Virus record (IMG/VR): IMGVR_UViG_3300048591_001609
DNA length: 20,000 bases
Strand: one strand, 5' to 3'
Source: an uncultured virus (IMG/VR IMGVR_UViG_3300048591_001609)
Lineage: Duplodnaviria; Heunggongvirae; Uroviricota; Caudoviricetes
The notes under the pieces are model-generated. The model was not told where the DNA came from, ran no database searches, and worked only from the letters and a program-made list of their open reading frames with translations. Shown in pieces: positions 1 to 6,086 of this stretch. Position numbers and translations under genes: made by a program. Positions within the stretch are counted from its first letter, which is position 1, and the number at the start of each line of letters is the position of its first letter.

Positions 1-2
1 TC

Positions 3-128
3 ATTGAGATGTTCCGCGTTTACGCGCCTGGCACAGATGGAAACGATCCAGAAGGTTATGCGAGATTCGTTGCCGCAAAGCTCGGCGTGGATGCGCACCA
101 GCCGCTCATTGCGTTGATTGCTGCGTGA
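3..128 (+). CDS. 3' end (partial) of a phage virion-associated lysozyme-like / 'structural protein P5'-type putative peptidoglycan hydrolase
   Basis: Not in the ORF track. The frame from position 3 reads IEMFRVYAPGTDGNDPEGYARFVAAKLGVDAHQPLIALIAA* (TGA 126-128), overlapping the next ATG (TGATG). YAP-x4-ND-x3-Y-x3-V-x3-LG matches the recalled C-terminal motif (W/Y)APPxxNDTxxYxxxVxxxLG of this phage family. Confidence 0.6.
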   Translation: MEMFRVYAPGTDGNDPEGYARFVAAKLGVDAHQPLIALIAA

Positions 129-529
129 TGCCAGGATTCGTTCAGAACGCGGCGCCACTGACGGTGATGCCCGAAAGCCTCTCGCGCGCTTTCGTCCGCG
201 AACGGGAGTACCCGGTTCTCGACAATGAGTACCGCCAGGGCGAGTCCCAACGATCCGTCCAGGCCTCGAACAGCCGCAAGCGCTGGCGTCTGGCGAAACG
301 GCTGGCACCCGTCGCACTGGCCGCTCTCCGCGATTTCTACGATGCGCGCCGCGGATCCACAGAGCCCTTCTACTTCTACGATCCCTACGAGACCACTCCC
401 AAGTTTACGCACGATCCCACTGGTCAAGCGACTGCCGGGCGGTACACGGTCCGCTTCGCCAATCCGTGGAGCGAATCGATAACGCTCGGCCGCGCGGACC
501 TTGCGATTGAACTCATCGAGCTAGGCTGA
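128..529 (+). CDS. Phage distal tail protein (Dit; lambda gpM / GTA DUF2460-like)
   Basis: 133 aa from ATG 128, coupled to the upstream TGA. GESQR...RKRWRL...LRDFYDARRGSTEPFYFYDP...YTVRF...IELIEL follows the gpM/DUF2460 pattern (GxEQR; L.xFF.AR.G..xF.F.DP; VRF). Confidence 0.7.
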   Translation: MPGFVQNAAPLTVMPESLSRAFVREREYPVLDNEYRQGESQRSVQASNSRKRWRLAKRLAPVALAALRDFYDARRGSTEPFYFYDPYETTPKFTHDPTGQATAGRYTVRFANPWSESITLGRADLAIELIELG

Positions 530-543
530 ACCACGAGCACGCC

Positions 544-927
544 ATGCCGTTCTCTGACTATCTGAACCAGAAGCTGCTCGACAAGGCCTTCCATGGGCAG
601 GACTTCGAGATCGCCGGTCACTGGTGCAGCCTGCACACCGCGGATCCCGGAAAGACGGGCACAGGCGAAGCTGATGGCACCCCCTATGAGCGCAAGCAGG
701 TTCCCCAGTTCACTGAGACGGACACGGACGGCACCGCGCAACGCGTCCGCAACATCGCCGCTCTCTTCTTCCAGGTTCCGGCTGGCACTTACACGCACAT
801 CGGCCTCTGGGACGCCCCCGCAGGCGGTAACTTCCTGGGTGGCGGCTTGCTTTCGGGACCCGCCACTGTCAACGACGGCGACTTCGTCATTGCCCGCGAG
901 AACGACCTCGCCATCCTGCAAGACTGA
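544..927 (+). CDS. Phage tail-fibre-associated structural protein
   Basis: 127 aa with SLHTADPG...GTPYERKQV...GTYTHIGLWDAPAGGNFLGGGLL...TVNDGD, a motif series widely seen in small siphovirus tail/fibre proteins. Confidence 0.7.
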   Translation: MPFSDYLNQKLLDKAFHGQDFEIAGHWCSLHTADPGKTGTGEADGTPYERKQVPQFTETDTDGTAQRVRNIAALFFQVPAGTYTHIGLWDAPAGGNFLGGGLLSGPATVNDGDFVIARENDLAILQD

Positions 928-936
928 GGAACTCCG

Positions 937-1413
937 GTGTCGCGTATACGTCCTCAATTCGGCCCCGTCGGCAATTTCGAGATCACGCTCAACAGTCTCA
1001 ATCCGGGCACCGCAAGAAGTTCGGCGTTGGTCGCAAACCACGAGTCACGCTACATCGATGCCATCTGCCAGTTCACCATCAAGCCCGTCGGCGGAAGCTT
1101 CGGCGATCGGTACGCGGTCTACTTCTTCGCCTGGGGTGCGGCGGATGAGACAGCGCCCGTCTTCCCTGCCGGCATCACGGGTGTCGACCAGCCAGTCAGC
1201 GTCGCCCTCGAAACGCTATCCCTGCGGCCGATCGGCTCGCTGTATCTCGTGGGATCCGGCGCGCAGGTTACGCCACCCCTCTCCGTGGCCCCAGCCTTCG
1301 GCAACGTACTTCCGCCCGTGTGGGGCATTCTCGTCGTGAACCGCTGCAACGTCGCGCTCGATGCCGCGGAGAACACCGCCATCTGGCGGGGTGTCGAGTT
1401 TGAAGTGTCCTGA
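937..1413 (+). CDS. Phage hypothetical protein (probable beta-sandwich fibre component)
   Basis: 158 aa, GTG start with GAGGA RBS at 926-930. Beta-rich sequence (ITLNSL..TARSS, SVAPAFGNVLPPVWGILVVN). Stop overlaps the next ATG. Confidence 0.6.
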   Translation: MSRIRPQFGPVGNFEITLNSLNPGTARSSALVANHESRYIDAICQFTIKPVGGSFGDRYAVYFFAWGAADETAPVFPAGITGVDQPVSVALETLSLRPIGSLYLVGSGAQVTPPLSVAPAFGNVLPPVWGILVVNRCNVALDAAENTAIWRGVEFEVS

Positions 1414-2504
1414 TGCGTCAGCTTCTCGTCAGTTCCGAACCGCAGTCGCTGTTTCCAGTCGGGCAGGCGGAGGAGACTCTCGACTGGGGGTCCCCGCTGG
1501 CGATCGGCATCCATTCCCTGTGGCTGCCGCATGGTGCGGATCCGCGCATCAGCTACAACGCGGCGCACCTCAACCCACTGCGCGAGGACATCAACGGCGA
1601 GTACACCTCCGCCTATTCCCGACGCCGCCTGCAGTTCAGCCCGTCGCTCGCGTCCCTCCAAGTTCCCTCGGGTTCTGGTGGCAACATTGCCACACCCTAT
1701 GGCCGGGCCTTCGCCTACAGCAGTGAGCAGAACGGCCTCTCTGTAGGATCGCTGGGTTACTGCCCCATCTATTCGGGTGACGGATCTGGCAAGGTGATCT
1801 CGGTGTGTGTCTGGTTTCGGATCAACCGGGTGAACTCGACGGGCATGCCGACGATGATTGCGAACAGCTTCTCGAACACGTGGTGGCTGGGCTTGCGAGG
1901 CGCGACCGGCAAGTACAAGGCCATCTTTCGCACCAGTTCGTCACCCTTCGGTGCGTTCGAATGGGGCTCCTATGCGGCTGACTACCGCAAGGTGAACTGC
2001 GTGGGCTTCACCTTGCCCATGGATGCCGGCAAGACCGCGTCTGTCTATCACAGCGGTGCACTGGTGGTGCAGGGAACACTCTCGAACGCGAGTGCCGTTT
2101 CGGGCAATGTGGATGTCTGGGCGCTCTCCACTTCGACGCCCGGTATGTTCGTCGAGATCTTTGGCTTCGCCGCCTGGACCCGGGCGCTCTACCCGGAGGA
2201 GTTCCGCGAACTGGCTCTCGGCCCGTGGAGCCTGCTCGTGCGGAACAACCGGTTCTGGTATCTGCCGCTGGTGGCGTACCGCCAGGCTACGATCCATGGG
2301 GACTCGGAAGTCGCCGGAAATGCCTATCGCGGCGTAGCGCGCAGCGCGGTCATCGCCGCGGAGTCCCACCTCATCGCCTATCGCCGACCGGCGGCCGCGC
2401 CCGAGCGCACCATGGGCATCCGCACAGAGACCCGGAACGTGGCTCTTGGTGCGGAGCCACGCATCCTTCGCGTACCCGCTGAATCTCGCAGGATCGACGC
2501 ATGA
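1413..2504 (+). CDS. LamG/concanavalin A-like lectin domain phage protein (putative receptor-binding/side fibre)
   Basis: 363 aa. N-terminal LDWGSPLAIGI motif; ISVCVWFRI...ASVYHSGALV...FAAWTRALYPEEFREL is LamG-like; the C-terminus has short 9-aa repeats. Coupled to both neighbours. Confidence 0.65.
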   Translation: MRQLLVSSEPQSLFPVGQAEETLDWGSPLAIGIHSLWLPHGADPRISYNAAHLNPLREDINGEYTSAYSRRRLQFSPSLASLQVPSGSGGNIATPYGRAFAYSSEQNGLSVGSLGYCPIYSGDGSGKVISVCVWFRINRVNSTGMPTMIANSFSNTWWLGLRGATGKYKAIFRTSSSPFGAFEWGSYAADYRKVNCVGFTLPMDAGKTASVYHSGALVVQGTLSNASAVSGNVDVWALSTSTPGMFVEIFGFAAWTRALYPEEFRELALGPWSLLVRNNRFWYLPLVAYRQATIHGDSEVAGNAYRGVARSAVIAAESHLIAYRRPAAAPERTMGIRTETRNVALGAEPRILRVPAESRRIDA

Positions 2505-2764
2505 CCTTCCTCAAGGATCCGCACGCGGTCCTCGATTACACCATTGACTGGACTCGCTGGCTCGCCGGCGACACCATTGCCACGAGCGAATGGCTGTTGC
2601 CAACCGAGCTAACGCTCACCGCGCACACGAAGACAATCGCCTCCACGACGGTTTGGCTCTCGGGCGGCACGGCGGGCGAAAGCTACACCGTCACCAACCG
2701 CATCTCAACCGACGGCGGCCGCACCGAGGACCGATCCTTCACCGTACGCATCGAGGAACGCTGA
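2501..2764 (+). CDS. Phage fibre-tail adaptor protein (small Ig-like)
   Basis: 87 aa. KDPHAVLDYTIDWTRWL.GDTI...TTVWLSGGTAGESYTVTNRISTDGGRTEDRS matches a well-conserved small phage tail protein family (KDP.A.LDY..DW..WL; VWLSGG; GRT.DRS). Confidence 0.75.
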   Translation: MTFLKDPHAVLDYTIDWTRWLAGDTIATSEWLLPTELTLTAHTKTIASTTVWLSGGTAGESYTVTNRISTDGGRTEDRSFTVRIEER

Positions 2765-2767
2765 TCC

Positions 2768-5700
2768 ATGCCTGATTACATCGGCAATGTCCCGGTCCCG
2801 GAGATCGCGCCAAGCGGCATCTTTCCGCTCGTTCCCGACTATCCATATGGCATTGCCAGGGCGCCAGAAGTGGTCATCCACGCATTCGGCTCGGGCAACG
2901 CCAAGATCGAGCAGCGTTTCCTGCTTGGTACCGGCACCCGCCAGTTCACCGTCCGTAAGGCCTGGCTGCGCGACAGCGAGCGGATAGCCCTGCGGAACTT
3001 CTGGGAAACGAAGTACGGGCCCTACGGCGCGTTCACCTACAACGCTCCGAACGCCGATGGAACCGGAACCTCGCCGGTCATTTGCCGCTTCGCCAACGAA
3101 CCGCTCTCATGGGAGATGGTGTCCGAGTGGGCGTGCTCGCTGGGCGTAACGCTCATCGAGATTCCGGCGACCACGCCGACATACCCGCTCAACCAGACCG
3201 TCCATCGCTTCCCGCCAGCCGCCCTCCAGACCGCACTGCTTTCTCAGGTCCAGGAGATCATCCCGCTCGTGCGGATCCAGCCGCTCGAACCCGGCTATCC
3301 CGCCATCCATCTTTCCGATCGCCGGTGCATCATCGGCTCTCAGCTTTACCAGGCTCGCATCCTGGAACTTGAGGGAATCTCCCAGGGCATGGGCAACGAA
3401 TCGGACGAAGCCCAGTTCCGCTTCGGCAATGCTGATCGCGTGATGCATGCCCTTGCGAACGACGTCGATCTCTTCCGGGCCGAGCTTGCCTTCAGCCTCT
3501 TCCATGTGGGAACCGGCATCGAACTCGATCTCTGGAAGGGCAACATCGTCAACTGGGCCGCGGATTCCGGACCCGAGTTCCGCGTTACCGCCGCCGACGG
3601 TCTCTACGAGCTGAACCTCCCCTATCCGACGCGACGCATTTCGCGCACCTGCTGGAAAGCCTTCGACAGCACAGCCTGCCCCTTCGCAAGCCACGGATCG
3701 CTCGATCTCATGCAATTCCCTTCGGCCAGCCCGTCCTCCTGCGACAAGGGCTTCGATACCCCGAACGGCTGTCGGGCGCACGGCATGGGCAACTTCTACG
3801 GCGGCATCGTCGCCAAGCCGCAGGGCGTGCGGATCAAAGATAACTCGACCGGCGTTTGGGGGTTCGGGCGATCGACGCTCACCTCTGTCTCGCTCATCGC
3901 GGATTCGATCTACGATCAGGTGCTCCCCGAGATCTACACCGATTCGCCGATGCCCGTAAACGCCAAGATCGCATCTGGTCGCGATGAGAGCGACTTCTAT
4001 GCGGCTCTCGGCATCGTGGGCGAAGGTCCGCTCGGTGGCTATGGCAGCGGGCACAAACTCGATGGGCAATACCACCACGGCTATCCCGGCTCGCTCGGGC
4101 TGATGGCGACGCTCGGCGGGGACCCCAACCCGACCCCGTTCGGCATGGACACGGACCCGTCCGTCGAGCGTGCCGCCGGAACGGCCTTCATGATGCTGCG
4201 GCGCGCGGATTCGAAAGGCCTGCAATTGACCCGGATTTCCGAGCACACCATGGAAGTGACGGTGGCGTTGGGCCTCGCTGGCTGGACCTGGTCCTCGCCC
4301 GGTCTTCGCTTCTGGGGATCCCCGCTGACGAACCCCATCTGGATCGCCATCAACATGCTGCTCCGCGCCCGGGGGATCCGACTCGGGATGGTGACAACCG
4401 CGCAGCAACTCGACTTCGCTGAGACGCTGTTCGACGTCAACGCCGCGGCCGCCGCAGCAGCGGTCTGTGACCTGCCTGCAGCCAAACTGGTGGGCGAGGG
4501 AACGGAAACCCAGTTCCGATTCCGCGGGGTGCTCCAAGAAGAGAAGCCACTGCGCGACTGGCTCCAGGAAGTTTTGATGAATTGCCTGGGCTACTACACC
4601 TTTGCCAACGGTAAGCTCAAGCTCGGCGTGCGCGTGAACTCCTCGGTCGCCGAAGCGTTCACCGAAGGCAATATCCTTTTCCGCAGCCTGCAACTCACCC
4701 CACTACGGCCCGCATTCAACCATCTCACCGCCAACTTTGCCGACGAGGAATTCGAGTATGTTGCCAATGCCGTGTCGCTTTATGACATGGATCACGCAAT
4801 GTTGGTCGGTGGCGCCGGTGGGCCATTGTTCCTCAAGTCCACGGTGAACTTGGCGGGCACATCCTCGAAGTCCCAGGCAGCGCGGATCATAACCTGCCGC
4901 CTGAGGGAGGAAATGGGCGGCATCACGCCAGAGGAATGGAAGCGGGCGCGGCGGTTGAGCTTTAAGACGACAGTGCTTGCGCTCAACACCGAGCCTGGCA
5001 TGGTCTGCTCGATGACGCATCCCGACATGCCGGGCGGTTCCGGCGAGTTCCGCGTCACCTCCTGGCGGCTCAATCCCGATTACTCGATCGACATCGAAGG
5101 GCGCACCACCACCGATTCGATGTACGACCTGGTCAGCGGTCCCAAGCCCGCCGACGTACCGGCCTCACCCGTTCCCGGTGAGCCCGGATGGGACTTCGCC
5201 GCACCCCCGGCGCCACTCTTTGGAGTCTCCTCGCTCGATGGCATTTTGCTCTTCGGCGCCGTGGGTTTCGAGGATCTCACCAACACGAAGACCATCGCCG
5301 CACTCACTTTCACCGTCTGGCACTTCGACGAAACGGCGTTCTTTACGACGACTCTGTCTGTCACCATCACAGACGCCGATACCGCCCTCACCGGCACAGA
5401 CCTGACCGCTTTCGGTGACGGAGATCTCGCGTTGCTCGGCAGCGAGATCGTGAAACTGGTGTCCGTGGATGGAAATACCGCCACCATCGAGCGAGCACAG
5501 AAGGGATCCACAGCCGCCATGCATGATGCGGGCGTGAAGCTCATTCGCCTTGACCGGCGGCTGTTCGTTTACAACGTCCCGAAGAACTTCTACGGCACCC
5601 CGGAGTCCGGTTCCTGGGAAGCGCGCGAGCCATTTCGCTCGATGGCCGTCTGTGCCGTCGAACTCTACGCCACGAATTTCCATGGCAACTCGCCGGTGAC

Positions 5701-6082
5701 GACCAACAATTACACGTCGACGCTGATTGACGGGCGCCTCCGCATCCTCAGCGGCGAGCAGGTCGATCTGATTGTCGAAGGTATCATCGGCATCGAGAGC
5801 GACGCGGTCCCGGCTGTCTACCTGCGCCAGCCGGCAAGCATCCGCGACATCTACGCCTACTGCCGCACGGCGCCGCAGGATGGCAACATCACCGCGGTCG
5901 TGAAGGTGAACGGAAACCCGGTCGCAACGGTCACCATCAACGACGGCCAGAACTTCCCGGCCAACACCGTCGACGGCAAAGACCTGCCCGCCATCCTCCC
6001 CACCGAACCCATCACGCTTGATGTCACCGGCGTGGGCCTCACCTATCCCGGCGAACGGCTGGTGGTGACCATCCGTTTCTGA
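2768..6082 (+). CDS. Large phage tail-tip protein: Dit-like + Fe-S baseplate-hub (gpL/DUF2163-like) + tip-attachment (gpJ-like) + C-terminal beta domains
   Basis: 1104 aa. The first ~130 aa resemble the 128-529 product. Cys motif C295-x8-C304-x20-C325-x9-C335. TNPIWIAINML, FRGVLQEEKPLRDWLQEVL...YTFANGKLKL, FTEGNIL, FNHLTANFAD and EPGMVCSMTH...FRVTSWR are typical gpJ/central-tail motifs. Confidence 0.8.
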   Translation: MPDYIGNVPVPEIAPSGIFPLVPDYPYGIARAPEVVIHAFGSGNAKIEQRFLLGTGTRQFTVRKAWLRDSERIALRNFWETKYGPYGAFTYNAPNADGTGTSPVICRFANEPLSWEMVSEWACSLGVTLIEIPATTPTYPLNQTVHRFPPAALQTALLSQVQEIIPLVRIQPLEPGYPAIHLSDRRCIIGSQLYQARILELEGISQGMGNESDEAQFRFGNADRVMHALANDVDLFRAELAFSLFHVGTGIELDLWKGNIVNWAADSGPEFRVTAADGLYELNLPYPTRRISRTCWKAFDSTACPFASHGSLDLMQFPSASPSSCDKGFDTPNGCRAHGMGNFYGGIVAKPQGVRIKDNSTGVWGFGRSTLTSVSLIADSIYDQVLPEIYTDSPMPVNAKIASGRDESDFYAALGIVGEGPLGGYGSGHKLDGQYHHGYPGSLGLMATLGGDPNPTPFGMDTDPSVERAAGTAFMMLRRADSKGLQLTRISEHTMEVTVALGLAGWTWSSPGLRFWGSPLTNPIWIAINMLLRARGIRLGMVTTAQQLDFAETLFDVNAAAAAAAVCDLPAAKLVGEGTETQFRFRGVLQEEKPLRDWLQEVLMNCLGYYTFANGKLKLGVRVNSSVAEAFTEGNILFRSLQLTPLRPAFNHLTANFADEEFEYVANAVSLYDMDHAMLVGGAGGPLFLKSTVNLAGTSSKSQAARIITCRLREEMGGITPEEWKRARRLSFKTTVLALNTEPGMVCSMTHPDMPGGSGEFRVTSWRLNPDYSIDIEGRTTTDSMYDLVSGPKPADVPASPVPGEPGWDFAAPPAPLFGVSSLDGILLFGAVGFEDLTNTKTIAALTFTVWHFDETAFFTTTLSVTITDADTALTGTDLTAFGDGDLALLGSEIVKLVSVDGNTATIERAQKGSTAAMHDAGVKLIRLDRRLFVYNVPKNFYGTPESGSWEAREPFRSMAVCAVELYATNFHGNSPVTTNNYTSTLIDGRLRILSGEQVDLIVEGIIGIESDAVPAVYLRQPASIRDIYAYCRTAPQDGNITAVVKVNGNPVATVTINDGQNFPANTVDGKDLPAILPTEPITLDVTGVGLTYPGERLVVTIRF

Positions 6083-6086
6083 CGCG

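Noticed and set aside
3107..4693. 528-aa ORF on the - strand
   Set aside because: Antisense shadow of the 1104-aa tail gene; no recognisable motifs; such ORFs are common in GC-rich DNA.
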